Positions 1 through 10,341 of a DNA stretch of 17,719 nucleotides are shown in pieces. The notes under the pieces are model-generated. The model saw only the letters and a list, made by a program, of their open reading frames with translations, did no database searches and had not been told where the DNA came from. The stretch covers positions 1 through 17,719 of the forward strand of contig JBDGSM010000008.1 in NCBI GenBank assembly GCA_042217545.1. The letters run 5' to 3'. This DNA comes from Candidatus Nanohalobium sp. (GTDB lineage: Archaea > Nanohalarchaeota > Nanosalinia > Nanosalinales > Nanosalinaceae). The number at the start of each line of letters is the position of its first letter. Position 1 is the stretch's first letter. Both the position numbers and the translations under genes were made by a program.

Positions 1-257
1 GAGGGTTAGTGCGAGAATGAGTGTGAGGAGGCCTGTTTTGTGGATTAGGTTGTGTTTGATAACCTATCACTGTGATGGGTTGGGTGTTGAATGTTTAAGT
101 AAATTTTTTGGAGGTTTTCTGAGGCCTTTTGTGGTTTGCTGGTGTTCGAGGCCTCATACTTCTTATTGCGGGGTGAAAGCACTTAAGTTCTTTTGTCACT
201 TTTGGATAGATACTTTGGAAGGTGTTTTCTTAACTTTCGGTCACTGTTTTTTGTGTT

Positions 258-854
258 ATGCCACGTGGTAGGGGAGGTCGGATTCCGATTAATGATCGGG
301 CGGATGAGATGATTGAGTATTTTGAGTCGCGGGATTCTGTTGTTTACGGTGATCTTGTGGATGAGTTCGGTGGTTATGTTGGTTATCTTGCTGTTGAGCG
401 TGGTCCGACTTCTGAGGTTGATGAGGGTCGGGAGGTGGTGAGTGTTACTGAGGCTGATCTGGCTATTGCCTCGTTTATTGAGGAGCGTTTGAGTGAGGCG
501 GAGGATGTTGATGTTAAGAGTATGCTTGAAGGCGGTGTTTCAGGCCTTGGTGCTGTGGGTTCCGGTGGTATGCTTTTGCGGACCGGTGATCCTGGCTGGT
601 TTATAGGAAGTCTTTTGACTGGTTTTTACAGTAAGAAGAAGTTTGAGGCTGTTTACGAGGATTTGAAGGAGCGTCGTGAGTATCGGAGGGAGCGGAGTGA
701 GTCTCTTGATGAGTTCGGGGAGGATTATCCCGGTATCGATGGATACGAGCTGGAGATGGGGGATGTTGACGAGGCGGAGAGTCCTGTTTCTGTTGTGAGG
801 CCTGAGACCGGGCCTGAGGTTGCTGAGGAGCGGGCGGAGCTGGGTTTCCAGTAA
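258..854 (+). CDS. Hypothetical acidic protein with one Gly-rich hydrophobic segment
   Basis: 198-aa ORF, Glu/Asp-rich like the neighbouring proteins. Segment GGVSGLGAVGSGGMLLRTGDPGWFIGSLLTGF. No family recognised. Confidence 0.7.
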   Translation: MPRGRGGRIPINDRADEMIEYFESRDSVVYGDLVDEFGGYVGYLAVERGPTSEVDEGREVVSVTEADLAIASFIEERLSEAEDVDVKSMLEGGVSGLGAVGSGGMLLRTGDPGWFIGSLLTGFYSKKKFEAVYEDLKERREYRRERSESLDEFGEDYPGIDGYELEMGDVDEAESPVSVVRPETGPEVAEERAELGFQ

Positions 855-857
855 GGC

Positions 858-1721
858 CTATAGGTATATGAGGAGTGCTCCTATCGCCATTAGTGCTGCT
901 CCTGTTATTCTTTCCTTGAAGCTTGCTTTTTCGTCGAGCATGTAGTAGCTGAAGATGACTGTGATGGGTATGCTGAGTCTTTTGATCGAGACGACGTAAG
1001 GTACGAGTGTAAGTTTTAATGCGGTCATCTGGAGGATTATGCCTGCGCCGCCGAGGCCTCCGAGAAGCATCAGTGGTTTCCAGTCGTTCCTGATTTTTCG
1101 CTGCCATCCCGAGGATTTTTTCATCATTACAGGGAGCATGAAGAGTGAGGAAAGTGTGTATACTGTTAGGGGCCACATGACGGGGCTTGACATCTGGACT
1201 CCGATCTTGTCGGTGTTGGCTGTGACCGCGTAGATCAGGATCACCGCCAGTATGATCTGGACTCCTCTCTCGTCCCAGAGTTTTTTCAACGGGTCCAGGA
1301 GGCCTTGAGATCCTTCTGCTTTAAGCATGTAGGCGCCTGAGGCGATGAGAAGTATGCCGAGACCTCCGAGAATGCCCGGTGCTTCTCCAAGGATTAGAAA
1401 GCTTGTGAACAGGACGAGAAGCGGGGATATGGCGAACATGGGTGTTACTATGGATGCATCACTTTTTTTGTAGGCCTTTGCGATTAGGATGGATGTGAAG
1501 GCGATGACAGCGCTCTGCGGTACTGCGAGCAGCAGGAAGCCCGGCGATAGCTCTGGTAGGCCTGTGTAGAGTATCGCTGCAAGTAGTACGGGTATGCCGA
1601 AGATGCGTGAGCTGAAAGCTGTGACGAACTCGTCAGTGTCAAGCGCGTTCTTTCTCTGGTAGATGCTCTGGAATCCTTTGATAGCTGCGACCATTGCTGC
1701 GAGCAGGATTCCGAGCTCCAT
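858..1721 (-). CDS. EamA/DMT family transporter
   Basis: 287 aa, about 10 hydrophobic helices in two repeats. Motifs AYKKSDASIVTPMFAISP..ILGE and YVVSIKRLSIP..YMLDEK..ERITGAALM. Confidence 0.9.
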   Translation of the reverse strand: MELGILLAAMVAAIKGFQSIYQRKNALDTDEFVTAFSSRIFGIPVLLAAILYTGLPELSPGFLLLAVPQSAVIAFTSILIAKAYKKSDASIVTPMFAISPLLVLFTSFLILGEAPGILGGLGILLIASGAYMLKAEGSQGLLDPLKKLWDERGVQIILAVILIYAVTANTDKIGVQMSSPVMWPLTVYTLSSLFMLPVMMKKSSGWQRKIRNDWKPLMLLGGLGGAGIILQMTALKLTLVPYVVSIKRLSIPITVIFSYYMLDEKASFKERITGAALMAIGALLIYL

Positions 1722-1747
1722 GCGTACCTGTGAGGTCTAACTGTTTT

Positions 1748-3175
<1,428 letters not shown>

Positions 3176-3213
3176 ATGTAGAAATAGTGATGAAGGAATA
3201 AAATTTGAAGGCC

Positions 3214-3825
3214 TTATGCGAGGCCTTCTACCGTGTTCATCAGCTGCTGATGTGCTTCTTCCTGCGTCCGGGGAACTTCTTCCTCCAGGCCTTCCAGTTC
3301 TCTTACTACTTCTTCGTCTTCAGCGACTTCCAGTGCGATATCCACAGGTGTGTCGTATCCTTCAGGGGCGAGCGTCTTGGAAGATGCTACTGCTGTCGCC
3401 ATTGCTTCCCGGTACTGTCTCTGCGCGTCCTGGAGATCTTCTACTGTTTCTCCTGCTGAATCGAGTTCTTCGTCTCCGTAGAATGCTGCGGCAACCATCT
3501 GGTCGGATAATTCATCCGACACATTATCTATAGCGTTGTAGGCCTTCATCGCGTCAGGCCATGCTACTCCTGCGCTCATAACCTTGTCTACAACATCCCC
3601 CCGATCTTCTTCTCCTTCGATTACGTAGTCTGTCTGTTCGTCGACGCCTTCCATGGATGTGGCGAACGCTCCGATCGTGCCTACTGCGTCCATGACAAGG
3701 CCTTCCCTGTCCTCCATCATGGCTTCCTGCCTGCTGTAGGAGGTTATGCGGTCGAAGTATTCTGCTGATTCTCTTGCAGCTTCCGTGGCTTCTTCAAGGT
3801 CATAGTTTTCAGAGTCGTCTCCCAT
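3214..3825 (-). CDS. Hypothetical acidic, probably helical protein
   Basis: 203-aa ORF with halophile-type composition. TTTTTAT about 25 nt upstream of the ATG on the minus strand. Confidence 0.75.
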   Translation of the reverse strand: MGDDSENYDLEEATEAARESAEYFDRITSYSRQEAMMEDREGLVMDAVGTIGAFATSMEGVDEQTDYVIEGEEDRGDVVDKVMSAGVAWPDAMKAYNAIDNVSDELSDQMVAAAFYGDEELDSAGETVEDLQDAQRQYREAMATAVASSKTLAPEGYDTPVDIALEVAEDEEVVRELEGLEEEVPRTQEEAHQQLMNTVEGLA

Positions 3826-3919
3826 AGTTGTTACTTACTCATGACAACATAAAAAGTTTTTGGTGTGGACTCTATCAGAGTTGATGTGGAAGATTGGAAA
3901 AAGGAGAAGTTGAGGCCTT

Positions 3920-4069
3920 TCAGCCTCTGATCTTTTTCCAGAGCTTTCTCCAGAGTTTCTGGAATATCTTGAATTCGAGGTAGGCCTTGACGTATTTTGT
4001 CCAGTTCTTTCTGATGTGTCCGAAGGCCTTTTCTTCGGCCTTGTCCTTTGCTTTTCTTCTGACTCCCAT
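3920..4069 (-). CDS. Small strongly basic peptide (49 aa), not in the ORF track
   Basis: Manual translation MGVRRKAKDKAEEKAFGHIRKNWTKYVKAYLEFKIFQKLWRKLWKKIRG*. AGGTGA SD (4078-4083) lies 8 nt before the ATG. Fills the gap downstream of trkA on the same strand. Confidence 0.7.
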   Translation of the reverse strand: MGVRRKAKDKAEEKAFGHIRKNWTKYVKAYLEFKIFQKLWRKLWKKIRG

Positions 4070-4118
4070 TTTCTATGTCACCTGTGTCTTGTTTTGTTGC
4101 CGGGCGGTTTTTAGTTTT

Positions 4119-4778
4119 TCACTGGTTCTGGAAGAATTCGTCGAGTTTCTGTTTGGCGTCTTCCGGTCCGATGATTATGATTTCGTCGGCCTGTTCGAGT
4201 TCGATGTTGTCCCGGGCCTGGAATGTTTCCTCTGGTTTGACGACTGATGTCATCTGGAACTTGTCGGGGAACTCTTTCCTGGATTTTACTTCCCCGAGCT
4301 GTTTTCCGATAAGTTCCGAGTCCTTCTTGATCGAGGCCTTGAGTACTTCTCTGTCGCTGGAGAGGTTCGCCAGTTTGACCAGGTATGGGTGTTCTACTGC
4401 GGAGAGGAACTCTGAGAGAAGGAGGTCTGTGTGGCCGATGGCCTGTGCATCTATTATTTCGAAGGCCTCGAAGTATTCGTCGTCCTCCATCCTTGAGACT
4501 ACTTTGGGTACGCCGTATTTTTTCGCCAGAGAGCAGACCACCATGTTTTCGTTGTCGTCTTTCAGCGTCGATATGAGAATGTCTGCTTCGGTGATGCCTG
4601 CGTCTTCAAGTGCCGAGAGGTTAGAAGGGCTTTTGTTGATGACTTTCGCACCGGAGGACGAGTAGAGTCTTTTACACAGGTCCTCATCTTCTTCCACGAC
4701 CACGAGGTCGTGTCTTCCCTCCAGTTTCTCCACCATTCTCCGTGAGAGCGTGTTTATTCCTGTTATTACGATGTACAT
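4119..4778 (-). CDS. trkA: TrkA-family potassium uptake regulatory subunit (RCK-N + RCK-C)
   Basis: GHD-like GRHDLVVVEED, LEDAGITEADILI, ENMVVCSLAKKYGVPKVVSR and C-terminal TrkA-C (LEQADEIIIIG). Adjacent to trkH. Confidence 0.9.
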   Translation of the reverse strand: MYIVITGINTLSRRMVEKLEGRHDLVVVEEDEDLCKRLYSSSGAKVINKSPSNLSALEDAGITEADILISTLKDDNENMVVCSLAKKYGVPKVVSRMEDDEYFEAFEIIDAQAIGHTDLLLSEFLSAVEHPYLVKLANLSSDREVLKASIKKDSELIGKQLGEVKSRKEFPDKFQMTSVVKPEETFQARDNIELEQADEIIIIGPEDAKQKLDEFFQNQ

Positions 4779-4787
4779 CGGACAGTC

Positions 4788-6215
4788 CTATGTTTTGTCT
4801 TTGAATATGCCGCTATTAAATATTGCCAGAAGCGGGATCATCTCCAGTCTTCCTGCGATCATCGCGATTATCCAGACAACTTTGGAAGGTATGGAGAGGC
4901 CTATCATCTGCTGTGTTCCCATGAAGACCGGTCCCATATTTCCGATTGCGGATACAGTGCCTGAGAAAGCTCCCATTATGGATACGCCGTCGAAGACGAT
5001 TACTGTGAGCGTTCCGAGGAAGGCCGCAGATACCCAGATGAAGAAAAGTACAGAGATGATTCTCAAAGTCTCGTTCTTGATTATCTCCCCGTCAATCTTC
5101 ACCTCATTTATCGCAGTCTCAGGAAGCCTGTAACTTCTCAAGTGGCGTTTCAACATCTCTATCAGAGTTTCCAGCCGGAAAACCTTCAGGCCTCCCGCTG
5201 TCGAACCTACGGAGCCTCCGACGAACATGACTGCAATGATCAGGAACTTTATAGCCGTGCCGAGTACACCCAGGCTCATTGTCGAGTATCCTGTCGATGA
5301 AATCAGTGCTGCGGACTGGAAAGCTGCGTTCAGGAGAGCGTCAGGTCTTGAAAGTGTGAAAAGTTTCAGGCCTATGATAGCTGCGACTCCTATGAAGAGG
5401 CCCGTGTATATCTTGAACTCCGAGTTCCTGTAGAGTTTGCTCCATCTTCCGGTCAGGAAGCTATAGAGCAGTACGAAGTTGACTCCGCCTACGAACATGA
5501 AGGCCACGGTAACGGCCTGGATCGCCGGGCTGTAAGCTCCTATACTTGCGGCCTTCGTGGAGAATCCTCCAGTGGATATAGCCGAGAAAGCATGCAGAAC
5601 TGATTCAAAAAGGGGCATGCCGAGCCAGACATAGGTCGTGACAATTATGGTTGTCAGGAAGCCGTAGACCTTCCAGAGATCGACTATCGACTTGCTGAGT
5701 GAAGGCCTTATGCTGCCAGGATCGGTTTTGTGCGTCTCAGCGGAGAATATTCTTCTTGATGCTCCGCCCGATTCCCTGATGACTGCTATGAAGAATGTGA
5801 GGATGCCGAGGCCTCCCACCCACTGCATCAGGGCTCTCCAGAACAGTAGTGAATGGGGTAGGACCGATGGGTCTGCTAACATGGAGATTCCCGTTGTTGT
5901 GAGGCCTGCTGTTGACTCGAAGACTGCGGAGACCGGTGGCATGTACTGGAAGAGAGGTATCGCGCCGAGGAAGACTGCAAGCACCCATCCCGCTACGGTG
6001 GAGGTCATTGCTTCGGAAAGCTCTGGCTCTCCTCTCTTTCCCGCGTATACCAGGAGCTCTCCCATCGTCATTGCGGTAAGAGAGGATGCTATGAATCCTG
6101 ATCGGACGGCCCAGGACTCCGGAAGGTAGAAACTCATCATCAGAGGCAGGACCATGATCAGAGAGTATACTTTCAGAAATTTTCCGAGTATTCTGCTCAG
6201 CACCCTGGTCCTCAT
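4788..6215 (-). CDS. trkH: TrkH-family potassium uptake membrane protein
   Basis: Four pore-loop motifs (FESTAGLTTTG, AISTGGFS, ISSTGYS, AIGNMGP), plus QWVGGLG, GGSVGSTAGGLKVFR and GRLE. Confidence 0.95.
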   Translation of the reverse strand: MRTRVLSRILGKFLKVYSLIMVLPLMMSFYLPESWAVRSGFIASSLTAMTMGELLVYAGKRGEPELSEAMTSTVAGWVLAVFLGAIPLFQYMPPVSAVFESTAGLTTTGISMLADPSVLPHSLLFWRALMQWVGGLGILTFFIAVIRESGGASRRIFSAETHKTDPGSIRPSLSKSIVDLWKVYGFLTTIIVTTYVWLGMPLFESVLHAFSAISTGGFSTKAASIGAYSPAIQAVTVAFMFVGGVNFVLLYSFLTGRWSKLYRNSEFKIYTGLFIGVAAIIGLKLFTLSRPDALLNAAFQSAALISSTGYSTMSLGVLGTAIKFLIIAVMFVGGSVGSTAGGLKVFRLETLIEMLKRHLRSYRLPETAINEVKIDGEIIKNETLRIISVLFFIWVSAAFLGTLTVIVFDGVSIMGAFSGTVSAIGNMGPVFMGTQQMIGLSIPSKVVWIIAMIAGRLEMIPLLAIFNSGIFKDKT

Positions 6216-6374
6216 ATAAAATGTAACCCGGTTTCAGAATAAAAATGGAGGCCTTGACCTGCTGATTCAAAAAGGTTAACCCGGAAATGTTTGATGCTCG
6301 GAAACCCAACCTTTTCGCCGTATGGTGTGAAAGGTGAGACATGCAGCGTCTGTTGACGGTGCGGATGGGCGACT

Positions 6375-6381
6375 GAGGTGA
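6375..6381 (+). promoter_or_regulatory. Shine-Dalgarno GAGGTGA for rps6e
   Basis: GAGGTGA 7 nt before ATG 6389. The same motif precedes spt4 (16451-16457) and rps27ae (17141-17147). Confidence 0.75.
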
Positions 6382-6388
6382 AATTACT

Positions 6389-6760
6389 ATGCAAATTACA
6401 GTCGGTACACAGGACGGACAGACTTTCCAGACGGAAGTCGAAGAAGCTGCAAAACTTGTAGGTAAAAAGATCGGAGACGAGTTCGATGGAGGCTTTGTAG
6501 GCCTCTCAGGCTATACGCTCAAGGTTACGGGCGGAAGTGACAGATCTGGTTTCCCGATGAGAAAGAGCATCGAAGGCTCTGAAAGACAGAAAGTCCTCAT
6601 CGAGGACGGATCAGGAATCAACGAATCCGAAAACGGAGTCCGCAGGAGGAAATCTGTAAGAGGAAACACGGTCTCCACTGAAATCCAGCAGCTGAACACT
6701 ACTGTCGTCGAAGAAGGCAGCAAATCCGTAGGAGAACTCTTGGGCGAAGACGAAGAATAA
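6389..6760 (+). CDS. rps6e: 30S ribosomal protein S6e (eS6)
   Basis: LVGKKIGDEFDG..GLSGYTLKVTGGSDRSGFPMR and GVRRRKSVRGNTVS..IQQLN signatures. Confidence 0.96.
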   Translation: MQITVGTQDGQTFQTEVEEAAKLVGKKIGDEFDGGFVGLSGYTLKVTGGSDRSGFPMRKSIEGSERQKVLIEDGSGINESENGVRRRKSVRGNTVSTEIQQLNTTVVEEGSKSVGELLGEDEE

Positions 6761-6763
6761 ATC

Positions 6764-7951
6764 ATGACAGACGGAATACCTGAAGCGAACATAGGCCTTG
6801 TAGGCCACGTAGACCACGGAAAGACCACCTTGACAAACGCCCTCTCCGGCAAATGGACTGATGAACACTCCGAGGAGCTGAAGAAAGGCATCACGATCAG
6901 GCTTGGTTACGCCGACATCACATACTACAGAGATGATGAAGGCCTTAACGTGGATGGAGATGGAGGTGAGGTCAGGACCGTTTCTCTTGTCGATGCTCCT
7001 GGCCACGAGACCTTGATGGCTAACGTTCTTTCTGGTGCTGCGATCATGGATGGAGCTATCCTGATCATTGCAGCTGATGAGGAATGTCCTCAGCCCCAGA
7101 CCCGTGAACATCTCGCAGCTCTCGATATAATCGGAATCGAGAACATCGTGATTGTTCAGAACAAGATCGATCTCGTTGACGAGGAGCAGGCGAAGAAGAA
7201 CTACGAGCAGATCCAGGAGTTCGTTTCAGGTACGGTTGCGGAAGACGCACCGGTTATACCGATTTCTGCGCAGCATGAGATCAATATAGATGCTCTGCTT
7301 GAAGCCGTAGATAAAGAGATTCCTACCCCAGAAAGAGACTTCGAGAGCGACCCGAAGATGCTTGTAGCAAGAAGTTTCGACATCAACAAGCCAGGAACTC
7401 TTCCGGAAGATATCATGGGCGGAGTCCTTGGAGGAAGCCTTGTAAGAGGAGAACTCGAGGAAGGCGACGAGATCGAGATGAAGCCAGGTATAAGAGACGG
7501 AGACGACTGGGAGACAGTCACGACAACTGTTGAAAGCGTTATCCAGGGCAAAGGTGCTGTGGATAAAGGAAGGCCAGGAGGCCTTATGAGCGTTGAAACA
7601 GAACTCGACCCTGCGAAGACGAAGTCAGACGGCCTGTCCGGTAATGTTCTGGGCCTGAAAGGTGAGCTACCTGATACTACGTCCGAGATCGAGGTTGAGG
7701 TCGAACTTATGGACCGTCTCGTCGGTGCAGAGGACGAGAAGGACGTCGAGAACGTCAAGGAGCATGAAGCCCTGATGGTGAACGTCGGCACGACGAAGTC
7801 TGCTGGAATCGTAACGCAAGCAGGTAAAAACGTTAGAATGGACCTTAAAGTTCCCGTATGCGCCGAGGAAGGGGATAGAGTCGCTATTTCCCGCCAGGTA
7901 GGCTCTCGCTGGCGCCTTATCGGCCATGGAACGATAAAATCGGTCGAGTGA
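6764..7951 (+). CDS. eif2g: Translation initiation factor 2 subunit gamma (aIF2gamma)
   Basis: GHVDHGKT, GITIRLGYA, DAPGHE, QPQTREH, QNKID, PISA, RSFDINKPG and RWRLIGHG motifs. Confidence 0.97.
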   Translation: MTDGIPEANIGLVGHVDHGKTTLTNALSGKWTDEHSEELKKGITIRLGYADITYYRDDEGLNVDGDGGEVRTVSLVDAPGHETLMANVLSGAAIMDGAILIIAADEECPQPQTREHLAALDIIGIENIVIVQNKIDLVDEEQAKKNYEQIQEFVSGTVAEDAPVIPISAQHEINIDALLEAVDKEIPTPERDFESDPKMLVARSFDINKPGTLPEDIMGGVLGGSLVRGELEEGDEIEMKPGIRDGDDWETVTTTVESVIQGKGAVDKGRPGGLMSVETELDPAKTKSDGLSGNVLGLKGELPDTTSEIEVEVELMDRLVGAEDEKDVENVKEHEALMVNVGTTKSAGIVTQAGKNVRMDLKVPVCAEEGDRVAISRQVGSRWRLIGHGTIKSVE

Positions 7952-7963
7952 AAACGCAGGGTT

Positions 7964-7969
7964 TTTATA
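7964..7969 (+). promoter_or_regulatory. Putative TATA box (TTTATA) for the MscS-fusion/RimK operon
   Basis: TTTATA ends 23 nt before ATG 7992, consistent with a leaderless archaeal promoter. Confidence 0.55.
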
Positions 7970-7991
7970 CTAGGCGGAAAGAGTAGGCATT

Positions 7992-9557
7992 ATGGCCGAC
8001 CCGGTAAGTTCTCTCCTAATTTTAACGACGAGTCAGCAGCCCTTGATCCATATACTGTTTACGCTGCTGATAATCGTGGCAGGTCACGCAGTGGTAAAGG
8101 CACTGAAGATAGCGGCCAGAAAGACCTGGCTATCCGGCAAAACGGAGAAGACGAAGAAATGGATCAAACAGCAGGAGGAACGGATCGAAATAACCGGGAA
8201 CGTGCTCGACGCAGTTATAATCGCAGCCGCACTGTTCTACCTTAACACGGGCATCACCACAGAACTGTTCAAGGACCTGCAGGCCTACCTGCCCAGGTTC
8301 CTCACAGTACTACTGATCGGAGTGCTAGGCGTCATAATAATCAGAATACTTACACAGGTACTGAAGAACTTCCTCCAGACAACGGGAGTAAGAAACTACA
8401 TAAGAGAAACAGGCCTCTCGATCAACAGCATCAAGCTACTTGTCGGATCATTCAAGGCCTTCCTTTACCTGCTGCTGTTCCAAGTACTTGTCAGCCAGTT
8501 GAACATCGGCAGCACATTCATAAGCGAGATAATAAATGCGTCTTCCTGGGCGCTGGCCTTCCTTGTAGCAGGCCTTCTACTCTACGGCTTCAAGGACCTG
8601 TTCCAGAACTTCGCGGCAGGAGTATACCTGAAGAACTCCCGGATCGTAAGGCCTGGAGAAGAGGTCAAGCTTGACGATGACTCAGGAGAGATCAGGGATG
8701 TTTCACTCTTCAGCACCACCGTTAACACGAACTCAGGTTACACCGTCCTGGCTCCCAACAGGGAGATAATGCAGAATAACCTCAAGTTCAAGAGGGCCAA
8801 AAGCGATCTGGACACCCTGGAGGATATAAGCAACTACTTTATAGCGGAGAGACCTGGTTACTCTGCTGCTGCAAGCCTGGAGATGGCACTTGAAATCCTG
8901 GGCTTCAGAAAGGGACAGAACGAGATTCAGGACAAGATAAAGGAACAGGAAGCAGGTGAGGAGGAAGAGGAACTCTCAGAGGTCGAGAAGATACAGGAAA
9001 CAGTCTCAGAGCTTACAAACCACCACCTGAACTCTGCATGGATTGAACAGCAGAAGATCGACGACATAGGCGACGAGATAAAGGCCTGGTTCAACGATGA
9101 AGGCCTTGTAATCCTCAAGATGAGAAAGGACGTTGCCGGCGGCAACAAAGACGAGATAGGATACGTTCTGGCCACAGGCGTTGAAGACAATGAGATCCTT
9201 CTTGTAGATCCTGCGGAGGAAGGAGTTTACTACGTTCACAAGGACAAGCTCGAGGAGGCTCTAGAGTTTGATGGAGGAGGATATATTGTAGTAGCTCCAG
9301 AAGGGACAACAGCTTTCTGGAGGATCAAGAACGACCTGATCTACAGCCGGCTGAAGGATTACGAGGAAGGCCTTTCCAAGACGCTTGAGTCCAGGCTTAG
9401 AAAGATAGTTAGACAGGGCAGGATAGTCCAGGACGTGACTCCGGAGTCAGTTCAGGAGTACCTGGAGAAATGGAGGTCCGACGAGACATCTGCGCTTCTT
9501 TGGAAACCAGGAGAAGAGAAGGGGGAGAAAGATGAAGAAGCTTCTGAAGATAACTGA
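7992..9557 (+). CDS. MscS-family membrane protein fused to a C-terminal C39-peptidase-like domain (catalytic residues apparently lost)
   Basis: N-terminal TM helices. MscS core GFKDLFQNFAAGVYL..VRPGEEVKL..GEIRDVSLFSTTV...VLAPN. Then GYSAAASLEMALEILG and GYVLATGVEDNEILLVDP, resembling C39 motifs CGxAxLxM and HYVVxxG..DP. Confidence 0.8.
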   Translation: MADPVSSLLILTTSQQPLIHILFTLLIIVAGHAVVKALKIAARKTWLSGKTEKTKKWIKQQEERIEITGNVLDAVIIAAALFYLNTGITTELFKDLQAYLPRFLTVLLIGVLGVIIIRILTQVLKNFLQTTGVRNYIRETGLSINSIKLLVGSFKAFLYLLLFQVLVSQLNIGSTFISEIINASSWALAFLVAGLLLYGFKDLFQNFAAGVYLKNSRIVRPGEEVKLDDDSGEIRDVSLFSTTVNTNSGYTVLAPNREIMQNNLKFKRAKSDLDTLEDISNYFIAERPGYSAAASLEMALEILGFRKGQNEIQDKIKEQEAGEEEEELSEVEKIQETVSELTNHHLNSAWIEQQKIDDIGDEIKAWFNDEGLVILKMRKDVAGGNKDEIGYVLATGVEDNEILLVDPAEEGVYYVHKDKLEEALEFDGGGYIVVAPEGTTAFWRIKNDLIYSRLKDYEEGLSKTLESRLRKIVRQGRIVQDVTPESVQEYLEKWRSDETSALLWKPGEEKGEKDEEASEDN

Positions 9558-10338
9558 CCGGGAATACGAGGAGTTCAACGAGCTCTTCGATGAAGTAGAC
9601 GAAGTAGCTATCGATCAGGTAGCACCGGAAGTCGTAGACGGCAAGAAAGACGTACAGATCTCCGGAAACTCCGTCAGCGAGTACGACGCAGCATACATAG
9701 AAGTACCTCCGAAGAACGCCGTCTTCGGACGCGTAGCACTTGAAATGATACGGGAAAAAGGAGTTAAAACAAACCATACATCCACAGGCTTCTTCATAGC
9801 ATCGAAAAAGAACTACCTGTACTACGTACTCCATGAAAAAGGAGTTCCAGCGCCAAAGACCGTGGTGGTCGCGACAGAGAAGGCATCAAGGAACATAGAG
9901 AAAGAGCTCAGAGGCCCTCTAATCGCCAGGAGACTTGAAGAACTTGAGGAATCAGAGGCCAAGAAACTTGACACAGTCCAGGAGATCAGCGACTTCGCCG
10001 AAGGCTCCGAATACGATGACGACATTCTGCTCTTCCATGAATACAACTCAGGCGACAAATATAGATGTCTGATAGCAGGAGAACAGATAATATCTCTGAA
10101 AGACAGATCCGATGGATGGAAATTTGATGAAGACAGTCTAAGCTACTCCAACATATCCGATGAGCAGAGAGAGGTCGTTAACAAAACCAAAAAAGCCCTG
10201 GGAACTCCAATACTGGAGGTAAAGCTGAGAGGAAGCGAAGTATATGACCTGGAACCCAACCCAGATCTCAGACTATTCAAAGATGTCTCAGGCAAAAACG
10301 CGTTCGAAGACGCCGCAGAAGCCTTGAAAGGTAATTAA
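9532..10338 (+). CDS. Degenerate RimK/LysX-like ATP-grasp protein
   Basis: KKNYLYYVLHEKGVPAPKT and FHEY..DKYRCLIAG fit the RimK fold, but the KP/Gly-loop and ExN motifs are eroded. Overlaps the upstream gene by 26 nt. Confidence 0.75.
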   Translation: MKKLLKITDREYEEFNELFDEVDEVAIDQVAPEVVDGKKDVQISGNSVSEYDAAYIEVPPKNAVFGRVALEMIREKGVKTNHTSTGFFIASKKNYLYYVLHEKGVPAPKTVVVATEKASRNIEKELRGPLIARRLEELEESEAKKLDTVQEISDFAEGSEYDDDILLFHEYNSGDKYRCLIAGEQIISLKDRSDGWKFDEDSLSYSNISDEQREVVNKTKKALGTPILEVKLRGSEVYDLEPNPDLRLFKDVSGKNAFEDAAEALKGN

Positions 10339-10341
10339 GCA

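Noticed and set aside
1..63. Minus-strand frame reading like a signal peptide (IKHNLIHKTGLLTLILALTL)
   Set aside because: An in-frame TAG lies immediately upstream and there is no canonical start codon within the window, so it cannot be supported.
17..271. 84-aa Cys/Phe-rich ORF
   Set aside because: Its composition is unlike this proteome and reflects the G/T-rich sequence.
6216..6388. tRNA or C/D-box sRNA in the trkH-rps6e spacer
   Set aside because: There is no cloverleaf or T-loop consensus, and only partial box-like words.
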